A DNA stretch of 63,331 nucleotides, the filler included, from an uncultured Myxococcia bacterium (GTDB lineage: Bacteria; CAZTWC01), in assembly GCA_964617105.1 (NCBI GenBank). It is 3 parts of 3 records of this genome, joined end to end, with 100 filler letters (N's around TTAATTAATTAA, not from the genome) between each part and the next. Parts side by side here need not be neighbours in the genome. Positions count along the whole stretch, not along the records: positions 1 to 21,451 come from CAZTWC010000032.1; 2 more parts are not named here. One strand, given 5' to 3'. Below are positions 8,272 through 17,126 of the stretch, in pieces. Every line of letters starts with the position of its first letter. The stretch's first letter is position 1. Below the pieces are notes generated by a model that was not told the origin of the DNA, searched no databases, and saw only the letters and a list, made by a program, of their open reading frames with translations. Position numbers and translations under genes: made by a program.

Positions 8272-9840
8272 ATGAAATACCGGGTATTTAAAAATTTTAT
8301 CTTTCTTCTGGTGTTACTAGCAGGTTTGTCTGAGGCGGCGGCTGACTCTCGGTATGCCTTGCTGGTAGGAGCCAACCGGGGAAGTAGTCCCGGCCAGGTG
8401 CCACTTCTCTACGCTGGTCAGGATGCAGAGAGGATGGCCGATGTCTTAATCAACCTGGGAGGTTTTTCTATTGAAAATATCATTGTCAGTAAAAATCCCA
8501 GCGCCAATAAATTAAGAGGTCTGCTAGCCAAATTGAACGCCCGGATCCGCTCCGAGTCAAGTGCTGTTGGCGACAGTTTTCTGTTTGTTTATTATTCGGG
8601 GCATGCAGATAGCATCTCGCTCCACCTGGGTGGCACCTTGCTTCCCTGGGAGGAGTTGCGTAATTGGACCGCCAGTTCTCACGCCCGGGCGCGGCTTCTG
8701 GTGATTGATGCCTGCCAATCGGGCCATGCCACCCGTGTAAAAGGTACCCGCCTGGAACAGCCTTTTGCCCTACCTACCAAAAATATCGCTATCCCCGAGG
8801 GCTTTGCCATACTTTCCTCTGCTACCGCCGGTGAAAACTCTCTGGAGTCGGATCAAATTAGAGGTTCCTTTTTTACTCACCATTTTATTGCTGGCTTAAA
8901 AGGGGTGGCTGATGTGGATGGCGACCGGGTAGTAACCTTAAACGAGGCTTACCGGTATACTGCCAAGCGCACCGTGGCCAGCACTATCTCTACCTTGTCC
9001 GGTGTGCAGCACCCAACCTATTTATATGAACTAAAGGGGAAAAAAGACTTGATTTTAACTCGTCTTCATACCAGGGAAGAGTTGAGTGCTCTTAGCCTGT
9101 CAAAGAGAGGGCAGTATTTTTTTTACCGCAACAGTTTAGAGGGCGTTTTAGAGTTGGAGGCCAATATTGCTGCGGAGAACCGGACCGTCTATATTCCGGC
9201 GGGTAAATATTTTGTCCGTCATCGAACTCTGGAGCGTTTTTATGAAGGTAAAATTGAGTTGCAGGCCAATAGTACCACGGAGTTAAATACCGATAATTTA
9301 AACAGAATCGAGTATGCACAGTTGGTTCGCAAGGGAGGAGTTGCTACCAGAGTTTATTCCCTATCTCTATGGGGAGGAATGGCGCCTTCTTTGCTGGAAG
9401 GGTACCGCTCTATTTGGAACCAGGCCCTGGGATTCTCAATAAACACCCGGCTGTTGACCTTGGAGATATTGGGCCGCTTTTCCTATCATCAAACTGAAAA
9501 TTTGGGTTTGAAAGGGATGCTCAAGGAATACGGCTTATTAGCCGGCATCAGGAAGGTTTTTGATTTTAACCATTTTTCCTTATCCACTGGAGCCCGGGTA
9601 GGAGCCAGTTATCTGGATCAAAAATTTGAGTCCAATGGCGATAATCCCGGTAGATGGTCACTGGTTCCGGTTTTGGAAGTGATGTTACGGGGAGAGCGCC
9701 AATTGCCGGCCGGCTTTTTCCTGGGGCTGGAAGGATCAGCCCGGGTTATAAATTTACGGGTGGAGGGAGATCAGCCGGATTCGGAACGTAAAACACCACT
9801 CCAGTTTATTGGTGCAGTAGGAATTGGAAAATATTGGTAA
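8272..9840 (+). CDS. Exported caspase-family (peptidase C14) protease with C-terminal outer-membrane beta-barrel
   Basis: Signal peptide (SEAAA-DS), RYALLVGAN, catalytic His in YYSGHAD (8602-8604) and Cys in IDACQSG (8713-8715), SFFTH, DVDGDRVVTLNEAY. C-terminal amphipathic strands end GIGKYW. Confidence 0.9.
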   Translation: MKYRVFKNFIFLLVLLAGLSEAAADSRYALLVGANRGSSPGQVPLLYAGQDAERMADVLINLGGFSIENIIVSKNPSANKLRGLLAKLNARIRSESSAVGDSFLFVYYSGHADSISLHLGGTLLPWEELRNWTASSHARARLLVIDACQSGHATRVKGTRLEQPFALPTKNIAIPEGFAILSSATAGENSLESDQIRGSFFTHHFIAGLKGVADVDGDRVVTLNEAYRYTAKRTVASTISTLSGVQHPTYLYELKGKKDLILTRLHTREELSALSLSKRGQYFFYRNSLEGVLELEANIAAENRTVYIPAGKYFVRHRTLERFYEGKIELQANSTTELNTDNLNRIEYAQLVRKGGVATRVYSLSLWGGMAPSLLEGYRSIWNQALGFSINTRLLTLEILGRFSYHQTENLGLKGMLKEYGLLAGIRKVFDFNHFSLSTGARVGASYLDQKFESNGDNPGRWSLVPVLEVMLRGERQLPAGFFLGLEGSARVINLRVEGDQPDSERKTPLQFIGAVGIGKYW

Positions 9841-9939
9841 TTCTTGAAGGTTAAATAAAACATGGTTAAATTATACATTGTAATTTTGCGACAATTATAT
9901 TAAAATAAATGTCTTTGATTTTTGAGGGGGCTTTTTTTA

Positions 9940-11421
9940 ATGACGCTGATTTTGCATTTTCGGCCAGCAGCAATGTATCTATTGCTGCTATTACATATAA
10001 CTCTTTTCGTTAGTTGTGGTCTTCCCCTGAAAGAGGGAAATTTTAAGGGAGAGCCACAGTGTCTGGCCGGTCAGGAGACTCATTGCCTGTGCCCTGACGG
10101 CTCTAATTCCCGGAAATCCTGCACTGCCAACTCCACCTGGGGTCTATGTATTTGCCGCAGCAATTTGTCACCAATAGACTTGAAAAAAGTGGATTTGCTC
10201 CCAAGTCTAAAAAAATGCCGGGAGCACAGCGACTGCCCTGCCGGTCAAAATTGCCAAAATAACCTCTGTAAATTTCAGGTGTGTAAAAACCATCAGAGTT
10301 GTCCCTGGGGACAGGTTTGCTCGGTGGAAGGGGAGTTGGGAATATGCCTGGAGCCAGGCTGCCAGAAAGATAATGACTGTGGCGGCGATAATATCTGCCG
10401 GGAAGGCAAATGTTTAACCGCCCAACAACTTTTAAAGAGCGAAACCTTTATTAGATTATCTTCAAATCATGTAAGCACTTGCGGAATCAGGGGTGATAAC
10501 TACCTGTGGTGCTGGCAGGAAGATACCTCCCTTAAGTATTTGAATCAGGACCAGATCTTCACCACCATTCAGATGGATAACGACAAATGGCTGGATATCT
10601 CCATGGGGTACAATCATACCTGTGGTATCAAAAGTGACCGCACCCTATGGTGCTGGGAAAATAGTAACCTGAGCCAGGAGAGCGGCTTTAGTCAAAAAGA
10701 GGTCCCGGTTCAATTGGGGGACAACAGGTGGAAAGTTATCGATTCAGGTAAAAATCACACTTGCGGCATTAGATCAGACAGCAGCCTTTGGTGCTGGGAG
10801 GGTAAAAACCTGAGTCATAGTCACAATTTATGGCCCATAAAAATTGGCCAAGGGCAATGGAAATTTGTTTCCTCCGGGGAAGAAAAAAGTTGCGCCATTC
10901 ATAAGGACAATATTCTTTGGTGCTGGAAGAATGGAGAAAACCAATTACCCAAATCTTTTGATGGAAACCAATGGCGGCAGGTAAGCGCCGGAAAAAATCA
11001 TTTATGCGGCCTTAAAAAGGATAATAGCTTATGGTGTTGGGGAGATAACCGGTATGGTCAGGTAGGCGATGGGACCATGGAAAATGGGCAGGTTCGGGAA
11101 ACGCCAGTTTTTATTGGCGGGTATGATTGGCGGGAGATCAGTGCCGGAGAGTATCACACTTGTGGCCTTAAAAAGGATAACCGCCTTTGGTGCTGGGGAT
11201 TGAACCGGTATGGTCAAATCGGAGACGGCACCAAGTGGTCCAGGCCAAAGCCAATTAATGTTAATCAGCAGCAATGGAAACAGATTACTTCGGGTGGGAA
11301 CCACACCTGTGGTATCAGGAGTGACAACACTATATGGTGTTGGGGCTACAATTTTTACAGTAGATATGGTCAGGGGATCCAGTTGGATATTAAACAACCA
11401 TCTGGTAATAATGGAGATTAA
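9940..11421 (+). CDS. Cys-rich lipoprotein with RCC1/BLIP-II beta-propeller repeats
   Basis: FVSC lipobox, C..xSDCP.GQ.C Cys repeats, and about 7 repeats of the type SAG..HTCG.K.D..LWCWG.N.YGQ.GDG. Start uncertain (9922/9940). Confidence 0.85.
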   Translation: MTLILHFRPAAMYLLLLLHITLFVSCGLPLKEGNFKGEPQCLAGQETHCLCPDGSNSRKSCTANSTWGLCICRSNLSPIDLKKVDLLPSLKKCREHSDCPAGQNCQNNLCKFQVCKNHQSCPWGQVCSVEGELGICLEPGCQKDNDCGGDNICREGKCLTAQQLLKSETFIRLSSNHVSTCGIRGDNYLWCWQEDTSLKYLNQDQIFTTIQMDNDKWLDISMGYNHTCGIKSDRTLWCWENSNLSQESGFSQKEVPVQLGDNRWKVIDSGKNHTCGIRSDSSLWCWEGKNLSHSHNLWPIKIGQGQWKFVSSGEEKSCAIHKDNILWCWKNGENQLPKSFDGNQWRQVSAGKNHLCGLKKDNSLWCWGDNRYGQVGDGTMENGQVRETPVFIGGYDWREISAGEYHTCGLKKDNRLWCWGLNRYGQIGDGTKWSRPKPINVNQQQWKQITSGGNHTCGIRSDNTIWCWGYNFYSRYGQGIQLDIKQPSGNNGD

Positions 11422-11470
11422 AGTTTTTTCCCGGCTTTTAAATTGTCAATATAATATCAGGAGGTTTATC

Positions 11471-12847
11471 TTGAAAATATCATCTAATATAATGTTATTA
11501 TTGGCATTTTGCCTTGTGCTGGGTTATTATGCTTTGCCAACGACGGCAACGGCGGCCACAGCGGACGAAACTGATTCAGGAGAAGGCGGAGGCTGGGATT
11601 CCTACCTGGGTGAACAGGAAGAGGAGAGTGATAGCGATAAGAAAGAAGATGGCAAGAAGGTAGATAAGAAAAAAGGGAAAAAGTCCAAATCTGAAGAAGA
11701 GGAGGATGAGGAAGAGGAAGAGGGAGAAGATAAGGAAAAAAAAGATGAAAAAGGGGCCGAAACAACGGCTGAAGGTGGAAAAACCGAGCCGGAGGCAGTC
11801 CCGCCAACCAGTTTACAGAAAGAGTTGGCCGAGGATGTAAAATCAGATGGGCAGCAACCTGCCGCTGCAGAGAAAAAAGCCGATATTGAAGTTGAGAAAA
11901 AAGCGGAACCTGCCCTGGAGGTAGTTGCCGGTTCAGAAGCAATGCCGGATCAAAGTAAGGATAAGCGCCCGTATTCTCTGAGTTTTTCTCTGGGCAACTC
12001 AATGGGAATGGGTGTTTTTGCCCCCAATGTCAACACCGGAACCTTTGTCACCTCCCTGGGAGTCAACGGTTCCTACCGCTTGCAAAAAAATATTTCGGTG
12101 GGAATGGGGTTTTCGGTTTATAAAAGTTTAATCAACAGCTATGTTACTCACACCACCTATCCCAAAGAATTGAAATACAGCGATGTATCTTTGAGCGCCA
12201 GTTGGGGTAAATTTTACCAGGATTCCTGGAGCGGGGTTTCATTTTCAGGCAATGCCGGGCTTAAATTGCCCATATCCATAGAAAGCCGTCATCAGGGGCT
12301 GTTATTCGCCCTGTCAGCCGGGGTTAATGCGATTAGAAAATTCTGGGAGATAAATTGTTCCTACGCATTTTCTTTTAAGAAAAATTTTCATCGCTGGACA
12401 GCCGCCCAGGTGCCCAACCAGTATTATATTCCGCCTTCACCTATTTTAGAGTGGAATGACCCGGAGTTGGTGCTTAACCGTTTCCAGCCTCAGCGCTACA
12501 ACAATAGTTCTTTTAGTTTTAGCAACCGGTTTTCAGCCTCTTATGGTTTTATGGAAAAATTTTCCTTTTCGATTAGTTTTGGATTGGCCCATGCCTTTAA
12601 ATATTCTAAACCCATCGATGAGTTCAGTGTAGAAGATGCAGACAGCGTTGGCCGGACCGATATTATGATGGGCGGGCTGAATTTAAATTATGCTGCTTAC
12701 GATAATGTATCTTTAAGTTTTGGCGCTTCCACGGCTCAGGCGCCTTATTATCGGGACAATACAGGGATACGCTTTCCCTTTTTCGATTTTGTTTCCACAG
12801 CGGACAACCTTACCAGTTTATATCTCAACCTCACCTATACTTACTAA
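11471..12847 (+). CDS. Outer-membrane beta-barrel protein with highly acidic/lysine-rich N-terminal extension
   Basis: TTG 11471 follows SD CAGGAGG. Signal peptide, then an E/K/D low-complexity tract, alternating amphipathic strands, and C-terminal beta-signal YLNLTYTY. Confidence 0.75.
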   Translation: MKISSNIMLLLAFCLVLGYYALPTTATAATADETDSGEGGGWDSYLGEQEEESDSDKKEDGKKVDKKKGKKSKSEEEEDEEEEEGEDKEKKDEKGAETTAEGGKTEPEAVPPTSLQKELAEDVKSDGQQPAAAEKKADIEVEKKAEPALEVVAGSEAMPDQSKDKRPYSLSFSLGNSMGMGVFAPNVNTGTFVTSLGVNGSYRLQKNISVGMGFSVYKSLINSYVTHTTYPKELKYSDVSLSASWGKFYQDSWSGVSFSGNAGLKLPISIESRHQGLLFALSAGVNAIRKFWEINCSYAFSFKKNFHRWTAAQVPNQYYIPPSPILEWNDPELVLNRFQPQRYNNSSFSFSNRFSASYGFMEKFSFSISFGLAHAFKYSKPIDEFSVEDADSVGRTDIMMGGLNLNYAAYDNVSLSFGASTAQAPYYRDNTGIRFPFFDFVSTADNLTSLYLNLTYTY

Positions 12848-12909
12848 TACCGATAAGTAAGGGAAGAAGAGAATATTTTTAGCGGAAAATTCAGATATTG
12901 GAGGGATTC

Positions 12910-15900
12910 ATGAGAGAATTTCGCAGAGAAAAGTTACCTCAATTAATTATTTCACTACTGTTGATGGCAGCCCTGTTGACCCCGGTGGTCTTGAGCGGCT
13001 GTACCGGCGACATGGGTGACATCAACCGTACCAGTCCCGACCGGGTGGAAAAATCTATTTTCCAGGGGTTGTGGTTCTATCGTCCCACCACTATTTATGC
13101 CCCCTATTCGGTTGGTTTCACCTTTGTGGGCGAACAGCCTCTAATAGGGTTGAGCCCCAAGATTATCTGGGATATCCAGGAGAAATACCTGATAGGGTAC
13201 AATATCTACTCCCTGGTGAAAAATGCTGAAGAGCAATATCAGCGCCGCCGTCTCCGCCGGCCTGACGGCAGTTGGGTGGAGATCTATGTTGGCAGCCCGG
13301 TGGCTATTTTCCCTATCAAGAAACACTTTGATGTTATCCGCGCCTTCAACACCACCTCTGGGGAACAGTCCAACGTTATTACTGAAGACAGCAGTTTGAA
13401 ACCCTGGTATCAGCGTAAATATATGCGGGTCGACTGGTCGGTTAACAAGGCTAAACCTCTGCGCATTATGATGATGTCGGCTGAACTGGATGGAACGGCC
13501 AATTATATTCGGGCAAATGAAGACCAAAATATGAGTAAGCCTATCTTTAGCAAAGACTATATTGAGTTTACCGGCTGGATCGGAATCAATCCCAAGGGAA
13601 ATCGCTGCTCCTACTATTATCACCACGATGCCACCTGTTCCTCAGCCCGCTGGCAGGTGCGCCACTCCTTTAAAAAGGCAGGGCCAACTTTTCAAGGCCA
13701 GTTTTGTGAACCAGTCCAGGGTGATGGCCGCTGTGATTACCTGGGTTTTAAAAATTATCGTTGTGTAGCGGACCAAGAGGGCTCGGAGAGTGGAGAATGT
13801 TTTCTGGAGTGTGAGAATGACCTGGGTTGCGGCCAGAGTTACCAGTGTGTGCAGGGAATGTGTGAAAACACTTACGAAGCCTGGAACTACGACCCCTATT
13901 TACAGGATAAGTACGGTTATTTTATTAGCGAGCGGAAAACCTATCACCGCCAGCGGGGTATGTCCGAATCCGGTAAAAAATATTTTATCAACCGCTGGAA
14001 TCTATGGACCAAGACCAAAAACCCTGATGGAACCAAACTTACTTTTCGGCAACGGATAGAGGGCGGGTTTTATAAACCGGTATTATTTTACAACAGTGTC
14101 AATATGCCCCAATACCTCTGGGAAACCTCCTATTTGGTAGGCCAAGACTGGAACAAAGTTTTTAAGGACACGGTCGCCTGGATGATATACCTGGAAGAGA
14201 AGGAGGGACTTTTAAAAGATGTGATGCTCAACGACAAGTTCAAAATTCTTTCAGATAAGCAACTGGCCGACTTCCAAAAAGAGGTGGATGATATCAAAAA
14301 CCGTCTGCCCGCTTTCTTTGCAGTTTGCCCCAATCGATGGCAGGATGTGCTGGACGCCAAAGGCCAAGCACCTGCCTATTGGCAGAATACTATCTGTCGG
14401 AATTTGCCTGACAAGGATAAAGTTAAAAAAGTGGGTGATATCCGCTACAGTTTGATCAACTGGGTGGGCTCTCCAATGTATTCCGGACCACTGGGATACG
14501 GTCCCTCTGACAAGGACCCGGAAACCGGCGAGATTTTTACCGGCACCGCCAATATTTACGGCGCCTCCCTGGAAGCCTACGCTTCTTACGCCATGGATAT
14601 CATCAATTTGTTAAATAACAACATTAAGCCGGAAGATTTAATATCTGGCAAGGTAACCAGGGATGATGTGGCTACCAGCAAGGGGAAGAGCACCAGCCCC
14701 TTAACTGCTACCGAAGTGGAAGATCATAAAAACCCCATGGCAGGTATTGACCACGATTTGGCCATGCGTTTGAGAAATTCAACCGCCCTTACTCAGCAAA
14801 AAGAGAAGGCCGCCTGTATCCATAATCATTTCAACCCCAGTGAGCACTTCTCTAACCCAAAAATTGCCGAACTGCACAAAATGATGCGTAATCCGCTAAA
14901 TGAGATGCGCCAGTTGCTTATGGCCGCTCCCCAGGTGCGCCCCGATGCCAAGGCCCGGGGTCTTGAACCTATTAAAGGCACTCCAATTGAAGATCGCTTG
15001 ATCAACGAAGAGGTGCGTTTTATGTTCGGCCAGCAGGAGGATAGAGGCAAAATGCTGGATGAACAGGAGCGGGCCAATTTGTCACCCGCCCGTTGGGCCC
15101 ATTTTGGTGAACTGGATCGCTATCGTAAGTGGCAAAACACGCTTATGGCAAACAATGTCTACCACATCACCTTCACCGATGACACGGTTTATGGCCTGGC
15201 CAAGGAGATGCAGGAGAAGCAGAAGAAAAATGGTTGGTCCTCGGATCAGGTGCGTGAAGAAGTGATAAAAAGAGTCTATATGGGAGTAACTATACACGAA
15301 ATTGGTCATACCGTCGGACTGCGCCACAATTTTGGCGCTAGTGCCGATGCCTATAACTTTTTTGATAAATGGTACGATATCAAGGGAAATTTTACTAATC
15401 CCGATGCCCCGGTTACTGAGCAACAAAAACGGCTTAAAATCTACGAATATCAATACTCCAGCATTATGGATTACGGCGCCCGTTTTAACAGCGATTTTAA
15501 TGGAGCCGGAAAATATGACCGAGCGGTCATCAAGTTTGGTTACGGCGGATTGGTGGAAGTGTTTGGCAAGAGAACCGCTTTCCCCGTGGTCACTTGGGCT
15601 CGCAATACCATGAACATGAGATCCGCTGGTATTGTGTACCATATCTTTAGCTATATGCAAATATTCGGCGGGAACGAGGGCTGGAAGAACTTTTTGGATA
15701 AAAACCGACTTACCCTGCGTTGGAATGATGTCCAGGCTCACCAGCAGAAAATGTACTCCCAATATTTTAAAGATCCGGAAATTATTAACGACCGGATAGC
15801 TACTTTAAAAAACAAGGATGCTGATTCTATCAATGATGCCTATGGTGCCTGGGAGATGATCGAGGTTCCTTTCCGTTACTGTGGCGACGAATTCCGGGGG

Positions 15901-17082
15901 AATTTGGGATGCAACGTCTGGGACCAGGGATTTGATGCTTCCTCAATTGTGGATACCGCTCTTAATAGCCTGGATAAGTACTATATTTTTGATGCCTTTA
16001 TGCGCGACCGCTATAGTTTTGGTAAATTCGGTTCCTATTCCTACTACTACTATCGTCTGGGCCGCTATTATGACTTTTTGCGCAGCGCCAACCTTTATGC
16101 CTCTTTGTACAAAAACTATATTTCTCAGATAATGCCCCAGGGACAAGCCCAGAATTGGGAATATGACAAGATGCAGGGCGGCATGCTAATGAGAGGTTTG
16201 CAGAAGTCGGTCAACTACTTTTCTAAAGCGATGGCTTCACCTTCACCGGGGGGGCACTTTCTTAACCAGAATGTTTTTGAACCAATTACCCCCTTTACCT
16301 CTACCGCCGGCCAGCAGACCGTGGATATTCCCCTGGGCATCGGCCGTTATCCCTTCACCCGTTTTATGGACGACACCTATTTCTATGCATATCGGGCCAA
16401 GTGGATCGGCAGTTTTTGGGACAAGCTCTATGCTTTGATGACCCTGACCAATTCCCGGGCTTATTTTGCCGGTGGTGAGTTTTCTTCTGAGTTAGCCGGA
16501 ATCACCGGTGGAGCCGCAGTGGGAGTATTTACCGTCTATCCCAAACTGGTTACCAATATTCTCGGCGGTTTGATTACCGACACCTATCAGATTTTTGCCG
16601 GCACCTGGGATGCTCAAAAGCAGAACTACACATCTCTTGATATGTTCAGTCCCTCTTTTATGACCGGTAAACCGGTAAAACCCTCTATAACTAATATGAC
16701 GTTAAAACTCTATGCCGGTCTTTACGGTCTGGCCAATTTGGCCGCCGGGTATGATCAGAGTTTTATTGATTCCATGGCGCTTTATATAAAAGGAAATAGT
16801 CATGAATTTGAGAATTGGAATCCTGATCCTGCCCAGTTTAAAAATCCTATGGAGTTCAAGGATCCTTTTACCGGTAAAATTTATGTAGCACCACATCACA
16901 GGCACGATGGCCGAATTGCCATCTCCTATACTATGCTGCAAAAAGCCCAGAGTTTGGTCAACATGTACAACAGTGCCGGTACCTTTACCCAGAAAACTGA
17001 ATATCGCAGCCAACTGAGAGAGATTTTGGCTTTACTGGATTATTACCATTACCTGTACAAGTTTTACGGCTATGTAAACTGA
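12910..17082 (+). CDS. Giant lipoprotein zinc metalloprotease (metzincin; EcxA/DUF4953-like), paralogue 1
   Basis: Lipobox VLSGC, HEIGHTVGLRH, Met-turn SSIMDY, DPETGEI motif and a Cys-rich insert. ATG 12910 follows GGAGGG. Confidence 0.88.
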   Translation: MREFRREKLPQLIISLLLMAALLTPVVLSGCTGDMGDINRTSPDRVEKSIFQGLWFYRPTTIYAPYSVGFTFVGEQPLIGLSPKIIWDIQEKYLIGYNIYSLVKNAEEQYQRRRLRRPDGSWVEIYVGSPVAIFPIKKHFDVIRAFNTTSGEQSNVITEDSSLKPWYQRKYMRVDWSVNKAKPLRIMMMSAELDGTANYIRANEDQNMSKPIFSKDYIEFTGWIGINPKGNRCSYYYHHDATCSSARWQVRHSFKKAGPTFQGQFCEPVQGDGRCDYLGFKNYRCVADQEGSESGECFLECENDLGCGQSYQCVQGMCENTYEAWNYDPYLQDKYGYFISERKTYHRQRGMSESGKKYFINRWNLWTKTKNPDGTKLTFRQRIEGGFYKPVLFYNSVNMPQYLWETSYLVGQDWNKVFKDTVAWMIYLEEKEGLLKDVMLNDKFKILSDKQLADFQKEVDDIKNRLPAFFAVCPNRWQDVLDAKGQAPAYWQNTICRNLPDKDKVKKVGDIRYSLINWVGSPMYSGPLGYGPSDKDPETGEIFTGTANIYGASLEAYASYAMDIINLLNNNIKPEDLISGKVTRDDVATSKGKSTSPLTATEVEDHKNPMAGIDHDLAMRLRNSTALTQQKEKAACIHNHFNPSEHFSNPKIAELHKMMRNPLNEMRQLLMAAPQVRPDAKARGLEPIKGTPIEDRLINEEVRFMFGQQEDRGKMLDEQERANLSPARWAHFGELDRYRKWQNTLMANNVYHITFTDDTVYGLAKEMQEKQKKNGWSSDQVREEVIKRVYMGVTIHEIGHTVGLRHNFGASADAYNFFDKWYDIKGNFTNPDAPVTEQQKRLKIYEYQYSSIMDYGARFNSDFNGAGKYDRAVIKFGYGGLVEVFGKRTAFPVVTWARNTMNMRSAGIVYHIFSYMQIFGGNEGWKNFLDKNRLTLRWNDVQAHQQKMYSQYFKDPEIINDRIATLKNKDADSINDAYGAWEMIEVPFRYCGDEFRGNLGCNVWDQGFDASSIVDTALNSLDKYYIFDAFMRDRYSFGKFGSYSYYYYRLGRYYDFLRSANLYASLYKNYISQIMPQGQAQNWEYDKMQGGMLMRGLQKSVNYFSKAMASPSPGGHFLNQNVFEPITPFTSTAGQQTVDIPLGIGRYPFTRFMDDTYFYAYRAKWIGSFWDKLYALMTLTNSRAYFAGGEFSSELAGITGGAAVGVFTVYPKLVTNILGGLITDTYQIFAGTWDAQKQNYTSLDMFSPSFMTGKPVKPSITNMTLKLYAGLYGLANLAAGYDQSFIDSMALYIKGNSHEFENWNPDPAQFKNPMEFKDPFTGKIYVAPHHRHDGRIAISYTMLQKAQSLVNMYNSAGTFTQKTEYRSQLREILALLDYYHYLYKFYGYVN

Positions 17083-17126
17083 GTTTAAGGACTTTGAAAA
17101 TAATTTAAATTTGTGGAGGAAAATAG

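Noticed and set aside
11210-11470. N-terminal extension of the 545-aa ORF
   Set aside because: It overlaps the RCC1 gene. A strong SD and signal peptide point to TTG 11471.
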